A DNA stretch of 64,000 bases from Amoebidium appalachense (Eukaryota > Protista > Ichthyosporea), in the NCBI GenBank assembly GCA_963693365.1, contig CAVNZM010000009.1:3784231-3848230 (forward strand), written 5' to 3'. The stretch's first letter is position 1; each line of letters starts with the position of its first letter. A program made the position numbers and the translations under genes. The notes beneath the pieces are model-generated. The model saw only the letters and a list, made by a program, of their open reading frames with translations, was not told the DNA's origin and did no database searches. Positions 1 through 13,299 of the stretch are shown here, piece after piece.

Positions 1-2
1 CC

Positions 3-1562
3 ATGGCTGGTCATTTAGGTGTAAATAGGACGTTGCTTCGTGTTAATCGTTCGTATTTTTGGCCGGGTATGAGTAGGGAGGTGAGGGATTATGTGTTGTC
101 ATGCATGCATTGTCAGGAAAGGAATGAGAGTCCCCACTCTCGTTCCCGCCCGTCGTTTATTAGGGATTTTAATGTTCGTATGTTTGAAAGGGTAGCAGTG
201 GATGTGGTCGGTCCTTTTAATTCTACGGTTGAGGGTAACACTGTTCTTGTTACCGTCACCGATGTGGCCACTCGTTGGGTTGAAGTTTTTCCTCTCCCCA
301 CTGCTAATGCCGTTTTGTTTGCTCGTATTTTTGTGGATGAAATTTGTCTTAGGTTTGGTTGTCCTCGTGTTTTGTTAACGGATAGGAGTCGTGTGTTTTT
401 AAATCAGTTGGTGTCGGAGGTGTGTAAAATTTTAAGGGTAGCTCATATCACTACGTCTGCATATCACCCTCAAGCAAATGCCATCTCTGAACGTGTGCAT
501 GCAGTGTTTCAGAAGTCCTTTGGCAAAATGGTGGATGTGGAGGTTAATGATTGGGATCATATGTCTAGGTTTATTGCTCATTCATATAATTCTACCCCTC
601 ATGCTGTGACTGGTTTTTCTCCGTTTTATTTGGTCTATGGGCAGGAGGCTATTAGTTTGTTAGATACGGCACTTTTGCCGATGGGGGGGGCTGACCGACT
701 AACTTATCCCCACTGGACTGAGTTCCGGGAGCAGCTACTAACCCGGGCCCGGGCTGCACGTGATGCAGCTCTGGCCCGTACACAGCAGGCACAGACACGT
801 GCAGACGTGTCCACACGTCCGTTACGTGAATTTGCCGAGGGCACTTTAGTTTTAATTAGGGATCATACTAGGAAAAAGAGATATAAGCAGGAGCAGGAAG
901 GTAAGGGTGAAGGTGAAGGTCTTCGTAAGTATGGTAAGAAATGGTTGCCTCTTTTTATCGGTCCGTATAAAATAGTGGCTAGGTTAGGTCCGACGGAATA
1001 TAAGGTGCAGAGGTTAGATAATGAGAGTGATGTTAGATTTTATAATGTAGATGATATAAAGGAATATTATGATAGGGCCCTTAGGGTTAAACGGCCGGAG
1101 GGCCGTCGAGTGTTAGATGCATTCACCCCCGACTATGACGGGTCGGTGGATGTATCGGAGGCTGCAGTAGATAAAATTATGGATAAAAAGGTTATCGAAG
1201 GTAAGGAAGGTAAGGTAAATTATTATTTAATTCGTTTTGAGGGAGGTTATCAGGAAGATCAGTGGTTGCCTGAGTTTCATTTGGATTGCCCGTTTTCTAT
1301 TCGTGCTTATGAGGCTAGATTAGTGCAGAGGGAGTTGCCTAGTGCTCCCTCTCGGCCAAAGAGAGTTATTCCTCAGTTTAATCGTGGTGTGAAAAAGTCG
1401 GTGGGGGAGGGGGCCGGGGGGGGAGTGATGCAAATACACGTAGACACACGGGGGGAGGGGGAGGGAGGGGAGGAGACCGAGGAGGAGTGTGAACGTAGTC
1501 GTAGGAATTTAATTTATTATCATAGGTGTCTCCGTAGGTATCAAGCTTATGGTGTAGATTAA
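3..1562 (+). CDS. Ty3/Gypsy (chromovirus-type) pol C-terminus: integrase plus chromodomain; 5' part lies outside the window
   Basis: Zn-finger remnant GHLG...YFWPGM...C-x2-C; rve core (VAVDVVGP, LLTDR, AYHPQANAISER); GPY motif (FIGPYKIV); chromodomain-like VDKIMDKK...YYLIRFEGG...DQWLPE. Confidence 0.93.
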   Translation: MAGHLGVNRTLLRVNRSYFWPGMSREVRDYVLSCMHCQERNESPHSRSRPSFIRDFNVRMFERVAVDVVGPFNSTVEGNTVLVTVTDVATRWVEVFPLPTANAVLFARIFVDEICLRFGCPRVLLTDRSRVFLNQLVSEVCKILRVAHITTSAYHPQANAISERVHAVFQKSFGKMVDVEVNDWDHMSRFIAHSYNSTPHAVTGFSPFYLVYGQEAISLLDTALLPMGGADRLTYPHWTEFREQLLTRARAARDAALARTQQAQTRADVSTRPLREFAEGTLVLIRDHTRKKRYKQEQEGKGEGEGLRKYGKKWLPLFIGPYKIVARLGPTEYKVQRLDNESDVRFYNVDDIKEYYDRALRVKRPEGRRVLDAFTPDYDGSVDVSEAAVDKIMDKKVIEGKEGKVNYYLIRFEGGYQEDQWLPEFHLDCPFSIRAYEARLVQRELPSAPSRPKRVIPQFNRGVKKSVGEGAGGGVMQIHVDTRGEGEGGEETEEECERSRRNLIYYHRCLRRYQAYGVD

Positions 1563-1644
1563 TTTATTATTTTTCTTCGTAATTTATTTAATTTAATTTT
1601 TTTTAGGAGACTGATTAGTCTATGTCTTTTTAGGGGGTGTTAGA

Positions 1645-2418
1645 TGTAATGTGACTGAGGTGGGACTCAGCTTTTCCGGGGGCCGGGGGGGGAGTTGACA
1701 TATACTAATCCGTCTCAGCAGATTAGCCTAAGTCTACGATCGAGATCGGGGGGGGGGGGGGGGGGGGGGGGGGTGGCCCGGGTCACAGATCATCAAGATC
1801 AAGTCCGGGGCCTCAAGATAGCTGTGCAGCTGCGTGCATCATCTTGCTTCTGCCGGCGCAGGGCATTGGACCACGTCAGCCGGGACAGCCGTCCAATAGA
1901 ATTCTAATTAGTGTATAGGATAGATCGTAGGAGGACTTAGGAATGTCATTGTTCGGGCAGAAGCCCTTTTGTAAGGATTGGCAAGGTTTGATAGTATATG
2001 TTGCCAAACGTATTTATATATGTAGATGATAGAGGAAAGGGGGGGAGGGAGGGGGGGGGAGGATAGTATGAAATGTAGATTTAGACTCTGCGGTGCCACT
2101 AGGGGGAGGGTGAGGGGTGAGACTTGGATAAATATATTAGTTGAGTAGATCGACTTAGCTCGTGCAGGCGCACGATAAAAGTAGATCGGAATGTTAATGG
2201 AATGTGGCATCGTAGGGGGCCAGGTGATGATGATCTTGTAGGGCACGGCCTTGATGGCCTCAGTCGTTACTTAGACTCATTCCGTTCGGATCTAAGTTTG
2301 CCCGTCGGAGCCTGGTCTTAATAAACTTTACCGTTTTTCTGTACACGTTCGTTCCTTTTCGTGTGTGTACACTTAGTAGAGTGCCGCGTCTCTAGTACAC
2401 ATATATTAGGATACGACA
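1645..2418 (+). repeat. Gypsy 3' LTR, copy 1; truncated on the right by Copia-derived sequence
   Basis: Begins TGTAATGTGACTG after a purine-rich tract; matches ~12990-13299 plus 39912-40356 until it diverges at 2418. Confidence 0.8.
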
Positions 2419-3789
2419 TGATGTACCTGCAAGCCTGTGTCGGCGAGCAGCGGGAAATCCCAAGGACAATGGGATACGGTAGCATCAACACTGCGCGCAA
2501 CCAGAGAGCACAGAGAATGATCAACAGTCGGCGTGCTGATATGATGCCGACGGAAGCGTGCTGGAGTATGCGGCCCGCCTGAGTGCATTGTGCAGGATCT
2601 TCTTCAATCGATCCCAATGGAGTTAGTGAGGACATGGTTGCGGAAATCCTGGAGGTGTAGGCGCTGACGACCGATCCGCACCGACGTTAGGACCATCAGC
2701 ACCAGCAGCGAGAAGACAATGGAAAAGATAATCGCCAAGCTGCGTGGTTTTGAGGAGAACGAGGCTGCAAGGGAACAGCAGGGGTGATGATGACCAGCAC
2801 CCAAGGCGGGCGGCGCCACGACAGGACACCGGCAAGCCGCGCGTGACTGACATATCCAAGGTGAGGTTCAAATGTCACAAGTTTGGGCACTACAAGTCAC
2901 AGTGTCCAAAGAAGAAGAAGGGGGCAATCGCGGCGACAAGGCGAAGAGAACGGAGCTTCCAAGGAGATACTCGCCATGCGGAACAGCGGACTCCCTTCTT
3001 CAAGAGTGGTATGGGACTGCGGCGCAACCTCCCATGTCACATGCCGAAAGGACTGGAGGAAGCTCCGGCGATCACACCCAAACCCGTCGCTCGGGTAACA
3101 CTCGGGTGAGGCGAGGAATGGCGTCAGAAGTAGTTCCAGGGCAACAGAGACATTAGAGAGAATGTGCTGTACGTGCCAGATTTGGAATAAGGATGGCAAG
3201 CGCGGCAAGGGGTTAGAGGCATCACCGACGGTGACAGTGTACGATGAGAGTGCCACAGATGGCCAAGTTGTGGCCCGTGGGGTAGGGAGGAGGCGGCTTA
3301 GTGAAACCGATGTAGGACAGGTGAAGAGGGCAGGGGGGGTAACACAGGGAAGGGAGCGGCACCGGGGTGCAAGATGACGCGAGGGGGAGCAAACCAGGAT
3401 GACGGTGTGTGGAGGGAGGGGAGGGAAGCGGGCCTAGTAGCTACCCGAAGAGGAGCGAGGAGAGAGGACGGAGTGCGAGATTCACCCCGACGACAAGAAG
3501 GCTCCGTGAAAGGCCGGGAAGCACGGGAGCACAGATTGCGCCGACAACGGGGGGAGCCCCGAGAAGTGTTGGAGCGTGCGGGAAGAGGACAGTCCCAGGA
3601 GAGGAAGAAGGACATGTGCTGCATCGCTAGCAGGAGAGTGGGTCAGGAGGAGACACGAACTGACGCCAACACAGAGGGTGGATGACACCTTGGGAGGAAG
3701 GAAGCCCGAGTTGCCATCTAGGAGGAAGGGCAGAGGACAGCGGAGACGCAAGAGGGAGGGGGAGAGAGAGTGTGGGACACGAGGCGCGA
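2419..3789 (+). pseudogene. Degraded older Ty1/Copia gag-protease fragment
   Basis: Zinc knuckle remnant FKCHKFGHYKSQC (ORF 2744-3109); protease-like VVWDCGATSHVT (ORF 2883-3098); ENVLYVP-like stretch near 3158; many frameshifts. Confidence 0.7.
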
Positions 3790-4708
3790 TGTTGTAATAC
3801 GTAGTATTACATATGGTAGATTTTCAGTTTGTGTTATTTTCAGTTCATATGCTTAGTGTATATGCCACACTCCTATTATGTAAATGAAGCATCGATCTCC
3901 GATATGCTTGTATACTTGTAATCGTGTTGTATCGGCTCTAATCGTGTATTGTAATATCGATTAGAATATTTATATGTGTGTACACGGATCCACCCACTCA
4001 GGGAGAGACGTGTACATGTTCGTGTGTACATAAATATCTCCGGTTATAGTTATGCTATTGCTATCTTGTTTGTTGATCTGTGCTCTCTTTTCCTTCCTCT
4101 TTCTCCTTCCTTATTTTCTTTTCTTTCTCTCTTTGTCTTCATGTGTATAATCGTATTTCTTTTCTACTAATATATGTTAGGTAGATTTGTGTTACTTAAT
4201 ACGTGTTCATTGGACGGTAACACACTTAGGCTACACTTAGAATAGCATGTGTGTTTAGACTTCATTAATTTACTTTAGTTTTCATGTGTTGCCGGGCTTT
4301 AACCAATCATCAAGGTTAAGTGTGATATGTCTGAGTCTTTGCAGTATGTCATAGGTTAGAACTTCCTTGATGATGACACAAGTTGACCTTAACTAGTGTC
4401 TGTGTCCTATCGTGTGCGTCTCCGCGTACCGGATCTCTCTGAAAGCAATTGGTTCTTAGTGATTGGTTTCTATTAGAGATAGATCTGATTTCCGACTGGT
4501 CGGAAATCATGTATGGATTGGACTTAGAGGAATTTCAGGTATTTATTCGAAGATCAGAATAAATTCAGTTCAGTCGTGTCTAAACATTGATGTCTGTTGT
4601 GTACACTGCTCCGATCGTTCCGTGTTTTGTTGTTGTGTGTGTCTGTGGTGTTTTTACACTGCACCACTGTGTCTCTGCTTACATCCCAAATACTTATACA
4701 ATTTAACA
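3790..4708 (+). repeat. Copia 5' LTR
   Basis: TGTTGTAATACG...CAATTTAACA; near-identical to 9593-10498 and 41364-42287. Confidence 0.95.
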
Positions 4709-4770
4709 GGTTATGCAGCCCTTTTGCACGCTCCCTACACACATCTAGAACTAGCGCTCGTTTTTCAATC

Positions 4771-7700
4771 ATGGATCCAAACAAAACTGGCGTAAACAAA
4801 ATAACCATGTGGAAAGGTGAAGGGAAGACTGGTCCCGATAGCAAAACCACCTATTTTCAATGGGAAATCATTTTTCTCGGCATGATGACCGGCACTAAAG
4901 GTGTCCGACTCGTGGATGTTGTACTTGCTGACAACTACGTCCCCCCTACCACCGTCGCGGTTGACGGTGAACCCCCCTTCTATGGCTACGGCACTACCGC
5001 GGAACTCAAGGAGGCCCGCAATTGCCTCCTGCTCCATATGATACAGAACATCGACCCTTCCGTCCTCACCACCGTTGCCCAGTACCGTATTGGCATGGAC
5101 CCTGAACGGGCCATGTGGAAATTCCGTCAACACTATCTCCAAGGCAAACCCGATCAGATCCGCATCCTTCACCGTCAGTGGGATGCCTGTGCCCTTCAGC
5201 CCGGTGAATCATTCACCACCTACCTGAGTCGTCTGCAGACCATCGTGAACCAGCTCCAGTCCCTCCAAGATGAGTCCATTCACTTCACTCGTCTAGCTGA
5301 GAAGTTCTTCAATGAACTCACCACCAGAGACGACCTCACCCCTGAGTTCAACCGTCTTATCGAAGACTATCACTTCGGTGATAAGCTATTCCCCGACTTC
5401 GAGTCCCTCCACAACCACGTCAAGGGCATCGAGTTACGTCAAGACCTCAAGATGCAACTCCGGAGCAACCGTGCCCACCGTGCCTCCAAGTCCAGCATGG
5501 CATTAAATGCCAGTGCTCCCCCCCGTGATCTTCCTCGCCGTGACTTACGCAACCGACTTGACCGTACCCCTGGTACGGACCTCCGAACTCGTCTCTCCCG
5601 TCAGCACACCCGATCCCGTTCCCCCCACCGGCCTGCCTTCCGGTCCACGTCTCGTTCCCCCAGTCGTTCCCGTTTCTCGGGTTCCCGTCGTTCTGATTCC
5701 CCGGCTCGTTCTAACACCCCGTCCGTGAAAGAATGCTCCTACTGCCACGAGCCTGATCACACGATCATCGATTGCCCTGAGCCGAAATGCCGTATGTCCA
5801 GACACAACCGTTCCCGTCAAGGCAGTGAGAAATCTGTCTCCTTTGCTTTCTCGGCATACAATGCTAGCTCCGTCCCCGTGTCCCCCGACCCTGCCTGGGA
5901 TTCCGGGTGCAACATGACTGTCTGCCCCACCCGTGAGTTCTTCCATGACCTCACTCCCCTTCCGACACCGACTCCCGTTGCTGCCTTCAATGGCACCCCC
6001 GTCTTGGCCACTCACACCGGCCATATCGTCATCAACACCACCACCGACCATGGCACTGCCACCCTTACCATTGAAGCCTACTACACCCCGTCTGGCCAAG
6101 CCTTCCTCATTTCAACATCCCAAGCTGCTGCCGAATACATCAAGGGTGATTTGAACGATGCCTCCACTCCGTCATTCCTCTTCGACCGACTCACCGGCCG
6201 TCATCTCGTCAACCTCCGTCTACACAACGGTCTGTATTACTTCAAGGACTACACCATTCAACCACCCACTCGTCCTGTGGCTCTGGCTGCCACTACCAGT
6301 GTTAACCCATCCATCTGGCACCATCGTCTGGGGCACCGTGCTATGACCAGCATCAAGGACATGGTGAAACACGACCTTGTTATTGGTCTCCCCTCGTCTG
6401 TCCTCGACTGTGATGTTCCTGATTGTCATGGCTGCATTATGGGTAAAACCACCAAGGCTCCGTTCAAGGGTGACCGTCCTCACTCCAACATCCCCGGTCA
6501 TGAATGGCATTGGGATTTTTTTGAGCCTACCACAACATCGTACGGAGGTTCCAAGGTTGCTCTCGTCACTGTCTGCCGTGCCTCTGGACTCGTCAAGATC
6601 TACCCGATGGCCGACCGTACAACCACCCTGGACATTCTCACAGCTCACACCAACCTCGTTGCTACCCATGCCCCCTCCAAAGTTGGTGTCTACCACTTCG
6701 ACTCCGGCTCTGAGTTCACCTCCAAGGCTACCCGTGCTTTTTGCCTCTCCCAGGGCATCAAGGCCAGCTATGCTCCGGTGGACTGCCCTCAACTGAACGG
6801 CTATGTTGAACGTCGTATGCGGTTCCTCCAAGAGATTGTTCGTTGCCTCCTCCATCAAGTCCAAGATCAGTCTCTGTCCCCCAAACTGTGGGCTGAGGCC
6901 CTCCAACATGCCGCCTACATCATCAACGTCACCCCGTCCACGACTGCCAATGGTCGTACACCATTCGAGGTTTTCTACGGTGTCAAGCCCGACATCTCCG
7001 AGCTCAAAGTGTTCGGTTGCCCTGCCTACACTCATGTGCCAGCCTCTAAACGGAACAAGCTGGCCCCCACCGTCAAACTCGGCATGTATATCGGCTATGA
7101 TCTTCAATCACACTGCCACCGGATCTTCAACCCCACCACCCATCGTGTCGGCCTCTTCCGTGATGTGATTTTCGACGAATCAGCTTATCTCCCGTCCGAC
7201 ATTCCATCAACACTTCCGACCCCCGACACCACTGCTACCTCGACCACCCCACCCCCCACAGTTGACACTGAAGATGATGTTTGTCTGGTGTACTCTGGCC
7301 CCCCTCCTGCCATCGTCGTTCCCCCGACACCCCCCCCCCACCGGCCCCCCTGCCCCCGTGCCCGTCCAGCCTGCCGACCCTCATCCTGCCCCTGGCAACG
7401 TCACACCCATCCGACCCGGCTCCCCCGACAACTTCCACTCGGCCCCGTCCAGCCCGGAGGTTGCCCCCCCTGCAATTCCGAACTTCCAAGTTCCCCCCCC
7501 CCCCGTCTCCACCTCCCCCGGTTCCTGCACCCCGTCGTTCTGCCCGTCTACAGGGCAAGGTTGGACTTCAAGCCACCACCACCCTGCCAGTCCCCCCCGG
7601 TCCCCCCATCAACATCGACCAACTACCCAAACTTGTCCGTCAACTGTGTTCCGGACCCAATGGTGACCAGGTCAAGTCAGCCCTCACTGCTGAGTATCAA

Positions 7701-9179
7701 GCCTTCGTCGACAAAGACATCTTTGAACTTGTTGACCCTCCCCCTGGTGCTAACATCGTCGGCTTCAAGTGGATTGTCTCCGAGAAAACTCTCAACTCGG
7801 CTGGTGACACCAAGATCAAGGCCCGTGGTGTTGCTCAAGGCTTCAGTCAGCAATACGGTGTTGACTATGAGTTGATTGAGAGCCCTGTCATCCGTCCGGC
7901 TGCTCTCCGTGCCATCCTAGCTCTGGCCGTTGTTGAAGGTCATGACATCCATCAACTCGACGTGTCTACGGCCTTTCTCAACAGCCCACTCACCGAGACC
8001 ATCTACATGAAACAACCCCCGGGATTCATCACCATGGCCACACTTGGCAAGGTCTGGAGACTCAAGAAAGCCCTGTACGGCCTCAAGCAAGCCTCCAAGG
8101 CTTGGTACGACTTCCTCGACGGCATTCTTCTTGCCCATGGCCTGACCCGTACTAAGACCGACCCGTGCATCTACCTCCGGTTCTTCCCCAACAACGATGT
8201 GGTTCGGGCTGGTAACTACGTCGACGACTCCACCATCACCAACACCCGGGGTTCTACTGCTGCCAGTGACCTGGCTGCCCACATCAGCAAGATGGCCAGC
8301 TGTCGTATGAGTCCATTTGACCGTATGCTCGGTGTTGATTTTAATCACTCTGATCCCCATCACCTCCACATGCACCAGAGGTCTTACATCATGGATATCA
8401 TCCACGACTTCAACCTCACCGATGCCAAGTCCAAGTCTACCCCCATCCCTGCAGGCACCACCGTCTCCCTGGCTGACTGCCCCCCCCAACCGTTCACCGT
8501 GCCCTACCGTGAGTTACTCGGCCGTCTCCTCTGGGTGGCACGGTGCACACGTCCCGACATTGCCTATGCCATCGGCTTCCTTGGTCGGTTCAGCACCAAC
8601 CCCGGCAAGACTCACTGGGACCTTCTCCGTCGTGTGGCCCGGTACCTGCTCGGCACCATTGACCTTGGCATTGACTACAAGTACTCGGCCACCCAGTCCC
8701 CCATACTCGAATGCTACACGGATGCTGACTTTGCTGGTTGTGCCGACAGCAAGAAGTCTACCACCGGCTACATTATCGAGTTTGCTGGTATGCCCATCAT
8801 CTGGTACTCCAAGCTCCAGCCCATCACGGCCACCAGCACCACTGAAGCTGAGCTGATTGCTCTCAATGCTGGCACCCAAGAAGTTGCTTGGGTCCGTGAC
8901 CTCTTCAAGGAACTCGGCTGTCCCATGCTTGCTCCGACTCCGGTGTACTGTGACAACCAGTCGACCATTGCCATCGTCAACTCCACCGGCATCAAGCACC
9001 GTACCAAACACATTGCCGTCCGGTATCACAACACCAAGGACTACATTGCAAGTGGGGACGTGGTTGTCCACTACGTTGAGTCAGCCCACAACTTAGCTGA
9101 CATCCTCACCAAACCCCTCCCCGGCCCGAGTCATGTCCACCATCGTGCTCGACTTTGTTTACCGGATATTGTGGATTGA
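4771..9179 (+). CDS. Copia gag-pol polyprotein; frame break in poly-C tracts at ~7300-7560
   Basis: ATG 4771; CSYCHEPDHTIIDC knuckle; WDSGC protease; WHHRLGH...CHGC integrase Zn finger; HFDSGSEF and QLNGYVER core; RT motifs KARGVAQGFSQ, QLDVSTAFL, LYGLKQA, YVDD; RNase H YTDADFAG, YCDNQS, ADILTK. Confidence 0.95.
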
Positions 9180-9592
9180 CCCGACCTACTTCAAGAGTGA
9201 TTTTCTAATGTTTACTACTTACTTTATCATAATCATTATTTCATATGTATTGCCTTTGTGGGTATGCCCACTTAGGGTTTATATATAAGGTTTGACCTGT
9301 ACCATGACTCTACTCTATCTTTCACTGGTTTAAAACCCAGTTAATCAAACCCCGACTATACACGTTATACATATTCGTTGTTTTTTGCCCCGGTTCCTTC
9401 CCCCCCCCCCCTTCCCCCCTCCCCCCCTTCCCCCCCCCCCTTCCCCCCTCCCCCCCCTTCTCCCCCCCCCCCCCCCCCCCGGAAAAGTACACACTTTAAT
9501 TTTTTTTTTTTTCCGTTTCTGTTCTCAAGTGGGGAGATTTCACTAGTTCAGTGGGGATATGATAACACAAACTTCAAAGTCTTAAGTGGGGA

Positions 9593-10498
9593 TGTTGTAA
9601 TACGTAGTATCTACATATGGTAAGATCTTCTCAGTTTGTGTTATGTTTCAGTTCATATGCTTAGTGTATATGCCACACTCCTATTATGTAAAATGAAGCA
9701 TCGATCTCCGATATGCTTGTATACTTGTAATCGTGTTGTATCGGCTCTAATCGTGTATTGTAATATCGATTAGAATATTTATATGTGTGTACACGGATCC
9801 ACCCACTCAGGGAGAGACGTGTACATGTTCGTGTGTACATAAATATCTCTGGTTATAGTTATGCTATTGCTATCTTGTTTGTTGATCTGTGCTCTCTTTT
9901 CCTTCCTCTTTCTCCTTCCTTATTTTCTTTCTTTCTCTCTTTGTCTTATTATAACTATTTTTTTCTACTAAATATTAGGTAATTTGTAAATACGTGTTCA
10001 TTGGACGGTAACACACTTAGGCTACACTTAGAATAGCATGTGTGTTTAGACTTCATTAATTTACTTTAGTTTTCATGTGTTGCCGGGCTTTAACCAATCA
10101 TCAAGGTTAAGTGTGATATGTCTGAGTCTTTGCAGTATGTCATAGGTTAGAACTTCCTTGATGATGACACGAGTTGACCTTAACTAGTGTCTGTGTCCTA
10201 TCGTGTGCGTCTCCGCGTACCGGATCTCTCTGAAAGCAATTGGTTCTTAGTGATTGGTTTCTATTAGAGATAGATCTGATTTCCGACTGGTCGGAAATCA
10301 TGTATGGATTGGACTTAGAGGAATTTCAGGTATTTATTCGAAGATCAGAATAAATTCAGTTCAGTCGTGTCTAAACATTGATGTCTGTTGTGTACACTGC
10401 TCCGATCGTTCCGTGTTTTGTTGTTGTGTGTGTCTGTGGTGTTTTCACACTGCACCACTGTGTCTCTGCTACATCCCAAATACTTATACAATTTAACA
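9593..10498 (+). repeat. Copia 3' LTR
   Basis: Direct repeat of 3790-4708 with TG...CA ends. Confidence 0.95.
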
Positions 10499-11280
10499 GA
10501 GGGGAGCGGGACGACCCGCGGAAAAGCAGGAGGCCCCGCCGCCCCCCCCCCCCCCGACGGAAAGAAAAGGGAAAATATTTTGAGGGCTCCAGGAGGATGG
10601 AAGGGTGACAGGAGGAGGGGGAAAAATATTTAAGTAGCACAAAAGTACCGACACGAGGAGGGGGACCGGGACAGACGGTCCCACCCGACCAAGAGGAAGG
10701 AGGGTCACGGGGTAGAGAGGGGAGGGGGCGGGAGCAGTGGGGGGGGGTGGAAGGGGGGGGGGGGAGGGGGGGGGTGCAGCAGGGGGGGGGAGGGGGGGGG
10801 GGGGGCGGGCGAGAAGAAGTAGGTCGAAAGGTTGAAAGACGAGGGAAGGCGGTAGTGATGCAGCAAGAAGGAGAGAAGAGATAGTGAGGTTAAAAAAGGG
10901 TGGAGGAGGTGGAGAAGTCGGTTTGTAGAAGCCGGGGCAGGGGGTGGCCCAAGCGCGTGAGAAAGGGGAGGAGAGAGGAGAGCTCACGGGTGACCAGCTC
11001 AGTACAGGGTGCGATGGCCCTCTCCAGCTATTGCGTTCTCCACCCCATTTGGATGTATGCCCGAAAAAAAGAGAAGAATAAAAAAGTAATGGTGAGTGCG
11101 AAGCGGGAGGTGCGAGAAAGCACGGGCGCCCCCAGCTCCAGAGAAAGCAGAGGGGGGGAAGAAGAAAACAGTAGTCAGCAGAGCGGGGGGATAAGGGGGA
11201 GAGTAGGGGAGGGGCGGAAGGAGGAGGGGAGGAAAAAGGCAGGACGGCACCGAGCCCCCGGCCGGCAGTTGACTGTGATG
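10499..11280 (+). pseudogene. Probable continuation of the degraded older Copia (RT/RNase H remnant)
   Basis: SSVQGAMALSS resembles the Copia RNase H motif S-x-x-Q-x-x-x-ALSS; same purine-rich composition as 3300-3789; sequence is noisy. Confidence 0.4.
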
Positions 11281-11739
11281 CTCTCTCGTGCTGCTTATAT
11301 TTTGTTTGAAGAAGAGAAGGAGGGGGAGGGGGGGCTAGTGAGAGAGGGGGGGGGAGGGGGGGGGGGGGGGGGGGGAGAGTGAGAAGAAAGGAATAGATGC
11401 TGTGTTGTGGATGTGTCTTCTTGGGTTCCGGGGCTGCTTGCTTATAAGTGTAGGAGAGGGGGGAGGTATTTGTCAGTGTCTGAGGTCGGGACGAGTCTCA
11501 TGGCCGGCCCCTGCCTTAGCACCTAGGTTTGATTTAGCTCAGGAGGAAGATTGTTGATGTTGTAAGATTTAAGGGGCCGGTTGATCGATTAAATTTAAAA
11601 ATAAAAGGCAGATGATTAAGGTAGCTAAGTTAGCAAAAATGTGTCAGTAGAGCAGGATTTTTTATCATTGTTCTGGGCCAGACGGACACCGAGTTTGGGT
11701 CCCGACGGCACTTGTGCCTGAGGTTTTGCATATGGTGCA

Positions 11740-12960
11740 TGAGCATCCCATGGCTGGTATTTAGGTGTAAATAGATTGCTTCGTTTATCGTTCGTATTTT
11801 TGGCCGGGTATAGTAGGGAGGTGAGGGATTATTTTTCATCATGCATTGTCAGGAAAGGAAGAAGTCCCCACTCTCGTTCCCGCCCGTCGTTTTTTAGGGA
11901 TTTTAATGTTCGTATTTTGAAAGGGTAGAGTGGATGTGGTCGGTCTATACGGTATAAATGTTCTTGTTACCGTCACCGATGTGGCCACTCGTTGGGTTGA
12001 AGTTTTTCCTCTCCCCACTTAATGTTTTTCTTTAATTTGTTTTCCCGTTACAGAAGTGTTTTTTAAATCAGTTGGTGTCGGAGGTGTGTAAAATTTTAAG
12101 GGTAGCTCATATCACTACGTCTGCATATCACCCTCAAGCAAATGCCATCTCTGAACGTGTGCATGCAGTGTTTCAGAAGTCCTTTGGCAAAATGGTGGAT
12201 GTGGAGGCTAATGATTGGGATCATATGTCTAGGTTTATTGCTCATTCATATAATTCTACCCCTCATGCTGTGACTGGTTTTTCTCCGTTTTATTTGGTCT
12301 ATGGGCAGGAGGCTATTAGTTTGTTAGATACGGCACTTTTGCCGATGGGGGGGCTGACCGACTAACTTATCCCCACTGGACTGAGTTCCGGGAGCAGCTA
12401 CTAACCCGGGCCCGGGCTGCACGTGATGCAGCTCTGGCCCGTACACAGCAGGCACAGACACGTGCAGACGTGTCCACACGTCCGTTACGTGAATTTGCCG
12501 AGGGTACTTTAGTTTTAATTAGGGACATACTAGGAAAAAGAGATATAAGCAGGAGCAGGAAGGTAAGGGTGAAGTGAAGTCTTCGTAAGTATGGTAAAAA
12601 TGGTTGCCTCTTTTCATTGGCCCGTATAAAATAGTGGCTAGTAGGTCGAGGAAATAGGGGAAGGGAGTATTTGTGGATATAAAGGTGAGGGCCTGGTGCG
12701 GCGAGGGGGCCACCCCATATGGATAAAGGTAAAGTTGAGTAATTTTTGTTTGAGGGAGGTTATCAGGAAGATAGTGGTTGCCTAGTTTCATTTGGATTGC
12801 CCGTTTTCTATTCGTGCTTATGAGGCTAGATTAGTGCAGAGGGAGTTGCCTAGTGCTCCCTCTCGCCCATAGTGGTGGGGGAGGGGAAGACAGGGGGAGG
12901 GGGAGGGAGGGGGAGGAGACGGATGCGTTTTTTATTTCATAGGTTCTCGTGTCGCTTATG
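11740..12960 (+). pseudogene. Second Gypsy integrase copy with many deletions
   Basis: Colinear with 1-1560; 12060-12560 is nearly identical (ORF 12072-12365), flanks are full of small deletions. Confidence 0.9.
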
Positions 12961-12989
12961 TTATTTTTTTTTTTTTTTTGAGACAATCT

Positions 12990-13299
12990 ATCAGGTGGAG
13001 GTGGGACAGCTTCCGGGGGCCGGGGGGAGGACATATACTAATCCGTCTCAGCAGATTAGCCTAAGTCTACGATCGAGATCGGGGGAGGGGGGGGGGGGGG
13101 TGGCCCGGGTCACAGATCATCAAGATCAAGTCCGGGGCCTCAAGATAGCTGTGCAGCTGCGTGCATCATCTTGCCTCTGCCGGCGCAGGGCAGGACCACG
13201 TCAGCTGGGACAGCCGACCAATAGTATTCTAATTAGTGTGTAGGATAGATCGTAGGAGGACTTAGGAATGTGATTGTTCGGGCAGAAGCCCTTTTGTAA
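12990..13299 (+). repeat. Gypsy LTR copy 2, left part; interrupted by the 26.6 kb element
   Basis: Matches ~1655-1974 up to GCCCTTTTGTAA, then switches abruptly to TTGGACTAGT. Confidence 0.9.

Larger units (their letters stand above)
3790..10498 (+). mobile_element. Young full-length Ty1/Copia LTR retrotransposon nested in the older Copia
   Basis: Two ~910 bp TG...CA LTRs; PBS GGTTATGCAGCCC at 4709 (resembles the Copia GGTTATGGGCCC site); PPT AAGTGGGGA before 9593; gag-PR-IN-RT-RH order. No TSD could be read. Confidence 0.96.

Noticed and set aside
7281-7875. Programmed ribosomal frameshift in the Copia pol
   Set aside because: The break lies between IN and RT inside poly-C runs, where homopolymer error is the simpler explanation.
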